A stretch of 55,401 nucleotides of DNA, from IMG/VR virus record IMGVR_UViG_3300049054_000009, positions 1-55,401 of that record. One strand, written 5' to 3'. The position numbers and the translations under genes were made by a program. Positions within the stretch are counted from its first letter, which is position 1. Each line of letters opens with the position of its first letter. The notes under the pieces are model-generated. The model saw only the letters and a program-made list of their open reading frames with translations, made no database searches and had not been told where the DNA came from. Of the stretch, positions 1 to 9,643 are shown piece after piece. This DNA is from a virus.

Positions 1-127
1 GCATTAACCCTATATACAGTGCCATGTAAACACCAGATATTTTTGCCACCATAATGATACGTCTAGGGTTTACAAAAAACCAGTATGGTGTTTCATCGTT
101 CCATAATGAAATACCGGGTGGGTTACC
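1..127. repeat. Terminal direct overlap: bases 1-127 are identical to 55275-55401 (circular closure; unique length 55274 bp)
   Basis: Direct comparison of the two window ends; an ORF reads in frame across the junction. Confidence 0.95.
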
Positions 128-421
128 AGTAATAGCACCCGGATTAAATTCAAAGCCAGAATTAAGGTAACCAGTATAACCCTGTAATGCCCACCCATAA
201 ATATCAGTGCCTACATTAGCATATTTTCTAATGGCAACATAAATATTTTTATCACCAGAATAGTCTAAGCCTTTAAGATAAATAGTACCATTAGCTGCAA
301 GCTGGTCACTAACTACTATCCAATCACCAGTAGATACTGCAAACGTAATTAACTTATCAAGCAAGTCACTGTAATCTGTAGCATGTGGTGTAGCACCACC
401 ATCTGAAATTTCACTAGCCAT
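1..421 (-). CDS. Tail/virion structural protein, N-terminal part of a gene split by the window boundary (421->1, then 55274->54751; 945 nt, 314 aa)
   Basis: ATG at 421, one nt after the stop of 423..638. Open to base 1. 421+524 nt = 315 codons in one frame. The N-terminus MASEISDGG..DLLDKLITFAVSTGDW resembles the N-terminus of 53754..54743. Confidence 0.8.
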   Translation of the reverse strand, partial: MASEISDGGATPHATDYSDLLDKLITFAVSTGDWIVVSDQLAANGTIYLKGLDYSGDKNIYVAIRKYANVGTDIYGWALQGYTGYLNSGFEFNPGAITGNPPGISLWNDETPYWFFVNPRRIIMVAKISGVYMALYIGLM

Positions 422-422
422 A

Positions 423-638
423 TTATTCTATTATCCTTATGGGTAAGTTTTTATTTTCTAATCTTGATACTATTCTTTCTGCTGCATCATAGGCATCAGA
501 TTTACTAAAGAACGGTTCACCAGATGTAGCTATAATCTTGTTATTAGCAGCTAGCCAGTGCCAGAACCATACTTGCCCGGTCAAAGGTGCAGTTATGGTA
601 TCTTGTTTTAATACTTCTATTCTTTCTATATTATCCAT
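423..638 (-). CDS. DUF1508/YegP-like small protein
   Basis: 71 aa. The motif WFWHWLAANNKIIATSGEPFFSKSDAYDAAERI matches the YegP repeat pattern (xFxLxAxNGxxIAxSexYxsKxxA). Its start overlaps the tape-measure stop by 8 nt. Confidence 0.6.
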   Translation of the reverse strand: MDNIERIEVLKQDTITAPLTGQVWFWHWLAANNKIIATSGEPFFSKSDAYDAAERIVSRLENKNLPIRIIE

Positions 639-3600
639 TTGCTTGTTTTAACCTGCCATTAATAGCTGTAGCATTATCTTCAATCATATTTAAGAAGGTC
701 TTAGTGCCACTACCAGACTGTATATAGTTATCTAATAAGTCATTAGGCAGCACGGTTACCATGTTAATATTCTGACCTGCTGCACCAGCCTGCATAGTAG
801 CTGCTGGTGATACATTACCACCTGCATCTGTATTTCTTGATGGTCTTAAACCGTTATTCATAGCTTCTAAAAAGGCTAGATTTTCTTTTGCATAAGGTGC
901 TTTTACTACAAATTCTTGCCCGTGATAATAGCCCTGTTTTTCATCTGTTCTACCATCACCCGTGTAGCCACCTGTAGCTTTACCACCTGTAGCTTTATCA
1001 CCACCAAATAAGCCAGACAAAAAGCCACCTGCACCACCACTGCCACCACCACCAAATATTTTAAGGGCTAGCTGTGTTATTAAGGCTTTAATAGCAATAT
1101 CAGCAAGAATCTTAATAATAGACCTGCCAAAATCTGCAAATGCTTCTTTAGCATCTTTAGTGCCATCAGCTATAGCACTGAAAAAGTCAGTAAAAGCATT
1201 AGTAAAACTTTCATTAATAGATACAGCAAGGTCATCACCATCAGCACGTAAGCTGGCAATATCAGCACGGGCTTTATCTACATAACCTTGCAAGTCAGCA
1301 TTATTAGTAGCTACTGCAATAGCTTCTAAAACAGCTAGAAGGTCAAAAGCCTTACCATAGTAAGTAGCTATAGCTTCTTCACGCATCTGATATGCCTGCT
1401 GTTCTGTTATAGCATTATTAGTTAGCTGTGTATTAATACTTTGCTGCTGTAATTGTAATTCATTTTGTGCAGCAGATACTTTTTCCTTAAGGTCATCTAC
1501 TTCACGGGTAGTTTGTGATACTGACCAGTCATTTAAGCCTAGTGCTATATCTGTAATATCTTGCTGTAATTTAGGGTCACCAATAGTATCAGCCAGTGTG
1601 GTCATGTCAGCTACTAACACTTTAATTTTAGTAGCCTGTTCTTCTTCAAACTGTTTCAAAGCTGCATTAGCTTGTGTTCTGGCAATAACACCGTTTAATA
1701 CTTGCTGATTTAAAGATTTTTCTTGCTGGTCACGTTCTGTTAATAAGCGGTTAATGTTTTCTTGTGCTGCTTCAAAATCTGCCTGTGCAGCTAAAACAGC
1801 CTTTAGCTTATTAATATTTTCTATGCCAGCAGTATCACCTTTAGCAGTAGCTTTTTCTAGGTCTTTTTCAAAGCGGTCATCAAGTTCACGTCTGGTAGCT
1901 GCTGCACCCTTACCTTCTATCTGTAATAATTCAGTTTGCACATCACGTAACATTTGCAAATATTCTTTTTCTGCATCATTACGCTGCTGTGTAGCTTCAT
2001 TTACTATGTCATACTGCTTTAATAGCAGCTTATTATTTTCAGCACCTATCTTATCAATATCAGCTTGAATCTTTAGCCTTTCAGAACCTTTAGTAGCCTG
2101 TTCTAATCTTTTACGTTCTACAGCAGCCAGTGAATTATTCAATAAAATCTGTATAGAATTTTCACGTAAGTGCAGCACGGTTAGCTGGTCATAATATTCT
2201 TTATAACCTATAACATTATTTTTAAACTGTCTGGTTAATTCTGCCTGTTCACGTTTATTAGCATCTAGCAGTAAGTCATACTTAATAGTGTAAAAGGTCT
2301 TTTCAGTTTCTAATAAGGCATCTTGATAGGCTTTTATCTCAGGGTCAGTTTTTTCTTTCTTAAACTTACCAGAACCACCACCACTAAAACTACCTGTGGG
2401 CTTGATTTTATCCTTTAAAAAGGTATTAGGTGTGCTGCCATCACCACCATTAATTAATTTAAATAGACTGGTAAAGGTAGGTGAAGCTATAATATTTGCA
2501 CTATTAGTTAATTCTTGGTTAAGGTCAGCTATAGCAAATTTAGCATCAGCTACAGCCTTTTCAATAGTCTTTACAGCACCAGCTATATCACCAGATAAAT
2601 ACTGATACAGGGCTTTGCCAGCTTGAATTACACCACTTGATAAGCTGATAGCAGACACCACAAGGGCATAAATAGCATTAATGATGCCATAAATTAGATT
2701 AGTTAAAAATGCAATAGTGCCACCAAAAGCATACATAACACCAAGTGCTATTTTAAAGGTGGTAACTATAACACTGGCTAAGTCTGCTATGCCTTGCTTA
2801 TTTTCTACTACAAATTGTAAAGTGGATTTTGTTAATTCTATCAAGGTAGGTAAAAGACCTGCACCTATCTGATTTTTCAGCCCGGTTACTACTGCTGACA
2901 GTTCACCTAATGTGTCACCAAATTCATCAGCAGCATTAGCAGATTCTGTGCTAATGACTACACCTAATGCTTCTGCACGTTTTCTAAATTCTTCAAAACT
3001 GCCACCAGCTTGATTTATAACAGGTATAAGGTCAGCACCAGACTTGCCTGCTGCCTTCATAGCAGCATTTACCTGTTCTGCACCGGGTGGTATTTTGCTA
3101 ATAGCTTTAAATAACTGTTCAAGGGCATTAACACTATTTTTATTAGCAGCATTAGCATCTATACCTAACTGTTTAAAGGTATGGGCTGCTTCTTTATTAC
3201 CACCAGCAGCTTCATTTACATTTCTAAGATATTTCTGAAAACTACCAGCTACTTTTTCAAGACTACTACCACTACCATCTGCTGCCAGCTTTAACACACT
3301 TAGTTCTTCTGCTGTTAAACCAGTTTCTTCTGCCATGTCATGCAAAATACTACCTGCATCAGAAAAACTTTTACCTATAGCAAAGCCTGCTAAGATTACG
3401 CCACCAGCCACTGCTAACACAGCTAAAATAGCTGCTGCTGCAATTCCTAAAGCACTAGCAAGACCTATAGTAGCTACTGTAGCAGCTTCTTCTACTACTA
3501 CTACTTCTGCTGTTACTACAGTTAATGCCTGTTCTGCTACTGCCAGTTCTGTAGTAGCTATAGTAGCTGCCTGATTCGCTATAGTCAGTTCTGCTGCTGC

Positions 3601-4533
3601 TATAGCTGCTGTACTTTCTAAAGCGGTTAATTCTGCTGCTGTAGCAGTACCACTAGCTTGTGCTGCTGCTAAATTTGCATTAGCAAGGGCTGCTGCTTCA
3701 CTGGCAGTGGTTTGTGTAACAGTGGCAGCAGCAGCAGTAGCCTGTGCAGCAGCATGTGCATCAGTGGCAGCAGTTACTGCTAGTTCCGATGCTACTAATG
3801 CTTCTATGGTAGGTAATAAAGATGCAGTAGATGCACCAAATAATTCAGCTACAGCAGCAGCCCGGTCAGTAGCTTCTGTCATACCTGATAAAGTAGTTAT
3901 AAACTGTTTTAAAGCTACTTCTGGTTCTACTAATGCCTGCTGTGCTGTTATTCCAAACTTTTCAAATAAAGTAGTAGATAAAGCACCTTGCTGGTTTTTT
4001 GCAGCAGTGCCTAATAAACTAGAAAATCTGGTTAAGACCTTTTCAGAACCATTAACAGACTTTGTAAGTGCTTCTGCACCTTTAGCACCTGCATCAAAGA
4101 ATGGTGTAAAATCTAAGCCACTTCTAAAGGCAGTAGCTAAACTTTGCAAGGCTGGCAGAATATCACCGTTTAAGGCTTGTGTAATAGCATTACCAAAACT
4201 GGCAGCAGTTTGTGATAGTTCTGCAAAGCCCTTTTTAGCATCACCCGTGCCAGCAGTAACTTTGCTTAGGGCTGCTGGCACTTTACCAGTAGCCACACCT
4301 GCACCAGTCATAACACGCTGTGTGTCACTACCTAGCCCACGTAATTCATTACCAGCTTTATTTAATTCTTTTACGGTCTGTTCTATGTTCTTTTGAACAG
4401 TAGAAAACTGTGCTGACAGTTCTTTAATACCACTGCCAGCACCGGGTAGCTTTTCAATTTCACGCACTAGCACCCGGACATTATCAAGCCCTTGCACTAT
4501 TGCTTTTATACTAATATCTACATTATCAGTCAT
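631..4533 (-). CDS. Tail tape measure protein
   Basis: 1300 aa, Ala/Thr-rich and coiled-coil with central hydrophobic segments. It lies immediately downstream of the G/GT chaperone pair. Confidence 0.9.
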   Translation of the reverse strand: MTDNVDISIKAIVQGLDNVRVLVREIEKLPGAGSGIKELSAQFSTVQKNIEQTVKELNKAGNELRGLGSDTQRVMTGAGVATGKVPAALSKVTAGTGDAKKGFAELSQTAASFGNAITQALNGDILPALQSLATAFRSGLDFTPFFDAGAKGAEALTKSVNGSEKVLTRFSSLLGTAAKNQQGALSTTLFEKFGITAQQALVEPEVALKQFITTLSGMTEATDRAAAVAELFGASTASLLPTIEALVASELAVTAATDAHAAAQATAAAATVTQTTASEAAALANANLAAAQASGTATAAELTALESTAAIAAAELTIANQAATIATTELAVAEQALTVVTAEVVVVEEAATVATIGLASALGIAAAAILAVLAVAGGVILAGFAIGKSFSDAGSILHDMAEETGLTAEELSVLKLAADGSGSSLEKVAGSFQKYLRNVNEAAGGNKEAAHTFKQLGIDANAANKNSVNALEQLFKAISKIPPGAEQVNAAMKAAGKSGADLIPVINQAGGSFEEFRKRAEALGVVISTESANAADEFGDTLGELSAVVTGLKNQIGAGLLPTLIELTKSTLQFVVENKQGIADLASVIVTTFKIALGVMYAFGGTIAFLTNLIYGIINAIYALVVSAISLSSGVIQAGKALYQYLSGDIAGAVKTIEKAVADAKFAIADLNQELTNSANIIASPTFTSLFKLINGGDGSTPNTFLKDKIKPTGSFSGGGSGKFKKEKTDPEIKAYQDALLETEKTFYTIKYDLLLDANKREQAELTRQFKNNVIGYKEYYDQLTVLHLRENSIQILLNNSLAAVERKRLEQATKGSERLKIQADIDKIGAENNKLLLKQYDIVNEATQQRNDAEKEYLQMLRDVQTELLQIEGKGAAATRRELDDRFEKDLEKATAKGDTAGIENINKLKAVLAAQADFEAAQENINRLLTERDQQEKSLNQQVLNGVIARTQANAALKQFEEEQATKIKVLVADMTTLADTIGDPKLQQDITDIALGLNDWSVSQTTREVDDLKEKVSAAQNELQLQQQSINTQLTNNAITEQQAYQMREEAIATYYGKAFDLLAVLEAIAVATNNADLQGYVDKARADIASLRADGDDLAVSINESFTNAFTDFFSAIADGTKDAKEAFADFGRSIIKILADIAIKALITQLALKIFGGGGSGGAGGFLSGLFGGDKATGGKATGGYTGDGRTDEKQGYYHGQEFVVKAPYAKENLAFLEAMNNGLRPSRNTDAGGNVSPAATMQAGAAGQNINMVTVLPNDLLDNYIQSGSGTKTFLNMIEDNATAINGRLKQANG

Positions 4534-4534
4534 G

Positions 4535-4990
4535 CTACTTTACCTTAAAAGCAGGGTCATCAGGATTAAATTCATCAGCAGCCCATGCTTTTATATCTTT
4601 GCTTTCTTCTGTTTCTTCTTCTGGTGTGGCTAAAAACTGGCTTGCCATCATACTTTCAAATTCATCTATGTTAAAATCATTACTGATGCCTAACAGCACA
4701 TTAGCCATCTGCTTTCTTTGTTTAGCAGTACCACCATAAGCTACTGCCATGCAATTCATCAGCATTACTAATTTTTCATTTTCATCAGCTTCATGGGCTA
4801 TTACGCATGCTTCTATTTCATGCCACCCCATATTTTCTGCTTCTTTTTTAGTGTAACCTATCTTGACTAGATTATTTCTGATGGTAGCCCATGCGTTTAT
4901 TTCTTGACCATTGACCTTACGTTTTGTGCTGTGGCTACCACCTGCTGTGTGCCAGTCAGCACTTTTTGCAGCAGCCTTTGGGCGAAAAAA
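4535..4990 (-). CDS. gpT-like -1 frame extension of the tail assembly chaperone (expressed as a G-T fusion by frameshifting)
   Basis: The -1 frame relative to 4897..5454 is open from the slippery site at 4984-4990 through the 98-aa ORF 4535..4831; I translated it and found no stops. Confidence 0.7.
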   Translation of the reverse strand, partial: FFRPKAAAKSADWHTAGGSHSTKRKVNGQEINAWATIRNNLVKIGYTKKEAENMGWHEIEACVIAHEADENEKLVMLMNCMAVAYGGTAKQRKQMANVLLGISNDFNIDEFESMMASQFLATPEEETEESKDIKAWAADEFNPDDPAFKVK

Positions 4991-5454
4991 TTTATATTTA
5001 CTTCTATCACAGCTACTGTAATATCTATTACTGCATCATACAGGTCATCTGCATCAAACCATTCTACAGGCTTATTAATAGCAAAGGCTAAAAATTCTAT
5101 AATCTTGTCACTACCTTCACCTTGCAGGGCTGCTATAATCTTCTGCTGCATACCAGTAGCATCATCTTCTACCTGTGGTATAGCAAGTAAGGCAGCAGTG
5201 TCAATACTTTCAGCACCATCTACCATGTCAAGTATCTTAGCAGCATCTATTTTTTCTTCTTGGCTGTTAAATAAATTAAAGCCAAACATAGGTGCTACTA
5301 CTGCTATATACTCAAAGCCTTTTTTCCATTTTTTGAAAGGTAAGGGCATTATTAAAAGTTCTTCTACACTTTTATCTGCACGTGGTATTTTTACCACTTT
5401 ACCATCTGGAAAGATAGCTTCAAGGTCACTTTTTTCTTCTAAAATTGCGTTCAT
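4897..5454 (-). CDS. Tail assembly chaperone (gpG-like)
   Basis: 185 aa, acidic, located between the major tail gene and the tape measure. Carries the frameshift site near its 3' end. Confidence 0.75.
   Translation of the reverse strand: MNAILEEKSDLEAIFPDGKVVKIPRADKSVEELLIMPLPFKKWKKGFEYIAVVAPMFGFNLFNSQEEKIDAAKILDMVDGAESIDTAALLAIPQVEDDATGMQQKIIAALQGEGSDKIIEFLAFAINKPVEWFDADDLYDAVIDITVAVIEVNINFFAQRLLQKVLTGTQQVVATAQNVRSMVKK
4984..4990 (-). promoter_or_regulatory. Programmed -1 ribosomal frameshift slippery heptamer T_TTT_TTC
   Basis: Minus strand reads aaT TTT TTC in the zero frame of 4897..5454 (residues N-F-F), an X_XXY_YYZ pattern, and the -1 frame is open downstream. Confidence 0.65.
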
Positions 5455-5493
5455 GCTGGTTTTTTCCTTTTTATTTCTTAATAAAGTTTTATT

Positions 5494-5538
5494 TACAAAA
5501 TGTCACCTTGCTGGTTTTAGAAACACATGCAAGGTGAC
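5494..5538 (-). terminator. Hairpin terminator/attenuator after the major tail gene
   Basis: 10-bp stem gtcaccttgc (5502-5511) pairs with gcaaggtgac (5529-5538). On the minus strand it is followed by ATTTTGT. Confidence 0.55.
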
Positions 5539-5563
5539 TATGAGTTTTAGCTGTTAGTTTAGA

Positions 5564-6343
5564 TTAGTCATCTATCCATGTTAAAACACCAATTTGACCA
5601 CCCACAGCATCAGATGCACGGGTAGTATCTACCAGCACTGACATTTTTGTTTCAAAATCTGCAAGTGTGTCTTGAATCAAGCCTAAGCCAGCAGTAGGGT
5701 CTGGCTGCACATTGAAAAGGTCTAAAACAAACCTTTTGTATGCACCGTTTGACTGTTTTTGTGCTGTATTGATACCTAAGAACCTTAGCCATAACTGTGC
5801 TTCTGCTTCTGTCAGTAATCCCACAGACTTTTGCCCGGTCACCTTAGTGTAGGCAGCCTTGATAGGTGCAGTAAAACCAGCTTGACTACCTACAGCTTGA
5901 ATAAGCCCATAAGGTGCATTAAGTGTGTAATTAGTGGTCAGTGCCATAGTAGCAGGGCTGCCTGCACTGTCAGTAAGCACCACACTGGTAGCATTTTTAC
6001 CTTGCAGGGCATAAGTCTTACCAGCTTCAAGGGCTAACCCACCATTTAAAATTTCATTGGTAACACTGCCAGCACCCTGTGAAAGCACAGCACCTTGTAG
6101 CAGAAGTGCCTTATTTTCTGGTGTAAATTCTTGCATGTTCATGGTTAAATCTACTTTTTTACCAGTCACCAAAATTAAATCTATTAGCCTGTTTCCACTT
6201 ACGCTTTCTTTGTGTTCAAGTTTATCTACACTAATAGCTAATTCAAATGCTGGCACGTTACCACGAAAGTCAAAGGCTAATGGCAAGCCATCAGTACCTT
6301 TTCTAGCAGTATAAACCTTACCTTGACCGCTTAAATATCCCAT
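5564..6343 (-). CDS. Major tail (tube) protein
   Basis: 259 aa, directly upstream of the G/GT chaperones, with a strong AAGGAAAAA ribosome-binding region and a hairpin downstream. Confidence 0.7.
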   Translation of the reverse strand: MGYLSGQGKVYTARKGTDGLPLAFDFRGNVPAFELAISVDKLEHKESVSGNRLIDLILVTGKKVDLTMNMQEFTPENKALLLQGAVLSQGAGSVTNEILNGGLALEAGKTYALQGKNATSVVLTDSAGSPATMALTTNYTLNAPYGLIQAVGSQAGFTAPIKAAYTKVTGQKSVGLLTEAEAQLWLRFLGINTAQKQSNGAYKRFVLDLFNVQPDPTAGLGLIQDTLADFETKMSVLVDTTRASDAVGGQIGVLTWIDD

Positions 6344-6400
6344 ATTTTTATTTTTCCTTTTTTATTATTTGGTATCTAGGCTGTTTAGCAGCCAGTTTGT

Positions 6401-6886
6401 TTATTCTGCTTCTTTAGCAGTTTGTTTTGCAGCAAATTCTGCTTCTAACCGGGCTACAGCTTCTTCATCTGTTTCTGGCTTGATAGCTTCACCTTTCTTA
6501 GTGACTTCTAAGCCTACATCATCAGCACTACCCGGTTCACCTACTTTATTTTCAAGTAACCATCTGTAGGTAGCCATATCTACCATAAGAGTAGCACCCT
6601 TTTTAACCGGGCTACCTTCATGCGTGTGACCTTCTTTTACAATCTTTACAGGAAAGCCAGCAGGTGCTTTTACTTCTGCTTTTTCTGCATCAGTTTCACC
6701 TAAAGTGACTGGTTCAAAGCCTGCTGTTTCACCCTGTGGTTCACCAGCTTTAGCATCAGTAGGTGGTAACACCACGTTAGCACCAGTAGCACCTTTTTCA
6801 GTGCCAGTAGCTTTAGTGGTCACATTAGCACCGGGCTTTTCAGTGGTGCTGCTAGTAGTTTTAATTTCTTCTGTATTGTTTGCCAT
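6401..6886 (-). CDS. Hypothetical structural-module protein (low-complexity T/G/E/K-rich N-terminus)
   Basis: ORF with the consensus AAGGAAAAT..ATG initiation region. Confidence 0.6.
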   Translation of the reverse strand: MANNTEEIKTTSSTTEKPGANVTTKATGTEKGATGANVVLPPTDAKAGEPQGETAGFEPVTLGETDAEKAEVKAPAGFPVKIVKEGHTHEGSPVKKGATLMVDMATYRWLLENKVGEPGSADDVGLEVTKKGEAIKPETDEEAVARLEAEFAAKQTAKEAE

Positions 6887-6912
6887 ATCTTCTTATTTTC
6901 CTTATTTTAAAT

Positions 6913-7515
6913 TTACGTAGCAGATACCACGTATGAAAAAGTGAAGGGTAGATTACCCTGTGCTACATGTATTAGTGAATTATTGAAAGGTATCACTGCA
7001 TTAGTGGCAGCAAATTTTAATTCATCATGTTCAAAGTCTGCACATGACATACCTAAACGTGGTGCAGCACTAAACTTGTCTATAACTAACTGCCTTTCTA
7101 TCATAGCGTTTACTTCACTATTACTATCATCATTACCTTGCTCGTATTGCACTAGCTGCCATATTTTTAAGCTGCCAGAAACTATTATTTTATAATCTAA
7201 ATTTAATGCAGGGTCACCACCACCATTATCTATATTCCAATCATCAAAGCCCGGTGTAAAGTTTGATGGTGTGGGTGTCAGATTAGAAGCTGTTTTAACT
7301 TTTGCAGGTATCCATGAATTAGTAGTAAGCACCCATGAATTAATAGGCAGCAGGTCACCAGATATATCTTTAGGTGCTAAATGTGCAATAGCTTCACCTA
7401 TTTCAAGGGCTAATACCCATCTAGGCACTACTTTTGTAGATAAGCCCACTACAGAACTGATTACAGCAGCAGCAGCTTGCACGGTTAATACTTCTGTAGG
7501 TCTAATTAATGCCAT
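6913..7515 (-). CDS. Hypothetical head-tail/neck module protein
   Basis: 200-aa ORF abutting its neighbours in the morphogenesis operon. Confidence 0.55.
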   Translation of the reverse strand: MALIRPTEVLTVQAAAAVISSVVGLSTKVVPRWVLALEIGEAIAHLAPKDISGDLLPINSWVLTTNSWIPAKVKTASNLTPTPSNFTPGFDDWNIDNGGGDPALNLDYKIIVSGSLKIWQLVQYEQGNDDSNSEVNAMIERQLVIDKFSAAPRLGMSCADFEHDELKFAATNAVIPFNNSLIHVAQGNLPFTFSYVVSAT

Positions 7516-8136
7516 TTATCTAATACCTGTGGTGCTTATAACTACATTTTCAAATGAATTATGTATCATAGCCTGTGAAGCAGCCAGACCTAATTTAAAG
7601 TAATGCCTGCCTGCTATGCCTTCTTTTACAATCTTTTTACCCATAGCATAAGCCATGCTATTTACTGCAAATTCTGGTGGCACTACTATGCCCATTTTAT
7701 TTTGCCATTCTACCAGCACATCTACTGGCACACGGTGCTTATTTCTTCTTTGTCTGGCTACATTAATGGCAAAAGCAAAAGCCACCTGTGATTTTTCAAG
7801 GTCTGGCTGTATGCCATGACGTTCTGCATAAGCTACCAGTGCTTCTATGGGTGGCATTTTGCCACCGGGCTGCCTGCCTTCTTCATAGTATTTCATGTTT
7901 GCCCATGTGCTGGTAACCCTGCCAGTAACTAAGGTATTATTGTTACCTATACTTGCTTCTTCAATAAAAGCAGTTACTGTATTAGCTAGCTGTGTATCAT
8001 CAAACTGACCTTTAATATTAGCTACTAAATTATCTAGCACTACCTGCATGGCACTTTGCACACCAAAGTTTACCCGGTCAGTTAAGTTTTCTAGGTTCTG
8101 TGCATTAAATTTTACTGCATAATCTATACTAATCAT
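7516..8136 (-). CDS. Head-tail joining / tail completion-like protein
   Basis: 206-aa ORF; the call rests on position between the connector genes and the tail tube. Confidence 0.45.
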   Translation of the reverse strand: MISIDYAVKFNAQNLENLTDRVNFGVQSAMQVVLDNLVANIKGQFDDTQLANTVTAFIEEASIGNNNTLVTGRVTSTWANMKYYEEGRQPGGKMPPIEALVAYAERHGIQPDLEKSQVAFAFAINVARQRRNKHRVPVDVLVEWQNKMGIVVPPEFAVNSMAYAMGKKIVKEGIAGRHYFKLGLAASQAMIHNSFENVVISTTGIR

Positions 8137-8516
8137 AAAATTATTGCACCAGTGTCACCTACATAGCTGACATTAAACACCCATTCAGCAGGTGTGCTAA
8201 CACCATCATAAGGCACTACAGCACCTTTTTTATAAATCCTTTCACCTAGCTGAAAAGCTGCCACTTGTTTGCAAATTTCATCAGTGATAGGGTCAATCAA
8301 TAAAACATTAAATTTTCTTATCATTTGCCCGGTGCTAGGGTTTTCTTTTACGTCTGGCAGCCAGCTTACGATAGCACCACCGGGTATAAGGCTAGTGTAG
8401 GCATTTTTAACACCTAAGCCTAGAAAGCCTAACACGGTATCACCCACCCGTGCCTTACGTAGTAAGTTATATTTAATGGCTATTAATGGTGTTTTATCTA
8501 CAATGTAACCGGGCAT
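8133..8516 (-). CDS. Head-tail adaptor/neck protein (hypothetical)
   Basis: 127-aa ORF with a 4-nt overlap to the downstream gene; positional call. Confidence 0.45.
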   Translation of the reverse strand: MPGYIVDKTPLIAIKYNLLRKARVGDTVLGFLGLGVKNAYTSLIPGGAIVSWLPDVKENPSTGQMIRKFNVLLIDPITDEICKQVAAFQLGERIYKKGAVVPYDGVSTPAEWVFNVSYVGDTGAIIL

Positions 8517-8519
8517 AAC

Positions 8520-8978
8520 TTAGCACCTTGTTTTCTGGTATTCATTACCATAGCAGTTACCAGCCCTGCTAAATTCATCACGTATAGCCTTAGCTACTTC
8601 ACTTTCTTTAGTGCCACCAAAGTTATTAGAACCTTTAGGCACAAAAAGCACTGTGAAAGCTATAGCTAATTCATTATCTATAGTATCTTGTGTTAAATAC
8701 TCAAGTTCACCTTGTAGTTTTGCTTTCTGGCTACCTTCATTACTTACATTAGTAAGAATGGCTTGCAGCATGGCTGCATCAATACCCACAGCAGCAGCTA
8801 AGGCAGTTATTATGGCAGCATCTGAATATTTGCCTACTTGTTTGTAGTCAATTAGATATTTGCGTAAGAATCTAAGTAAGATTTTCTGACTATCACCAGT
8901 TAGCTTACTTAAATCTTCATTGTAAGCCTGTGGTGTCAGTAATAACTTAGCTGCTGTTATCTGTGGTATTGTTGGCAT
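8520..8978 (-). CDS. Head-tail connector protein (hypothetical)
   Basis: 152-aa ORF, positioned after the capsid genes. Confidence 0.45.
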   Translation of the reverse strand: MPTIPQITAAKLLLTPQAYNEDLSKLTGDSQKILLRFLRKYLIDYKQVGKYSDAAIITALAAAVGIDAAMLQAILTNVSNEGSQKAKLQGELEYLTQDTIDNELAIAFTVLFVPKGSNNFGGTKESEVAKAIRDEFSRAGNCYGNEYQKTRC

Positions 8979-8981
8979 GGT

Positions 8982-9548
8982 TTATTTTCCTACTGTCAAT
9001 AAAGCATTTAAAAGGTCATCTTTCAGCATAGTAGCATAGCCATCTACACCTTCTTCTTTTGCCATTTCTTTCAGTTCTGGCACGGTATATTCAGACAAGT
9101 CACCCTTAGTCATACCTTTATACGAAGCACTACCAGAAGAAGATACTGCATCATCATCACCTTCATCTACAGGTGCATTTGCACTACCCGGTGCTTTACT
9201 GTCATCAAGGCTAGCACCTACTGCACCACCTACCTCACTGTGCAGTGTTTCATTACCAGTGGTGAAATTAGCAAAAAACTTGCTATCAGGTGCAGCTTCA
9301 CGTATGCCTTCTGCTACTTCCCATTTCATCACTTCATCAGGTGTAGCTTCACGTAAAGAACCTAATGTAACCAGTCTTTCTACATCTACACCTTCATCTA
9401 CCATTTTTTGCAGTTCTTCTTGACTTAGTAAGGTAAAATTATCTTCACCACCTAAAATCATATCACTGGCTGCTGTAGCACCAGCATGACCACCAATATG
9501 GTGCATTACCCGTGCATATTTTCTTTGTTCTGATTCAATCTTTGCCAT
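8982..9548 (-). CDS. Head-associated protein with C-terminal HeH/SAP (Rho-N-like) motif
   Basis: The C-terminus YTVPELKEMAKEEGVDGYATMLKDDLLNALL fits the helix-extension-helix pattern. Confidence 0.5.
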   Translation of the reverse strand: MAKIESEQRKYARVMHHIGGHAGATAASDMILGGEDNFTLLSQEELQKMVDEGVDVERLVTLGSLREATPDEVMKWEVAEGIREAAPDSKFFANFTTGNETLHSEVGGAVGASLDDSKAPGSANAPVDEGDDDAVSSSGSASYKGMTKGDLSEYTVPELKEMAKEEGVDGYATMLKDDLLNALLTVGK

Positions 9549-9643
9549 AATCTTTATATTTCCTTTGCTGGTGTATGAAGAAGGTGCTACCCACCAGCAT
9601 AAGTAGCACCCACCTACAGGTGATAAACTGCCACCAGTGTGGT

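Noticed and set aside
1-127. The 127-bp terminal repeat as a biological direct terminal repeat of the virion DNA
   Set aside because: An ORF reads straight through it, and an exact short overlap is what assemblers produce for circular or permuted genomes. True termini cannot be inferred from this sequence alone.
3707-4396. Long plus-strand ORFs (for example 3707..4396, 4904..5557, 10728..11213, 43620..44102, 44669..45034)
   Set aside because: Each lies antisense inside a well-supported minus-strand gene. Their products are low-complexity Ala/Ser/Cys/Leu-rich shadows, they lack the conserved AAGGAAA initiation region, and no plus-strand promoter or terminator context was seen.
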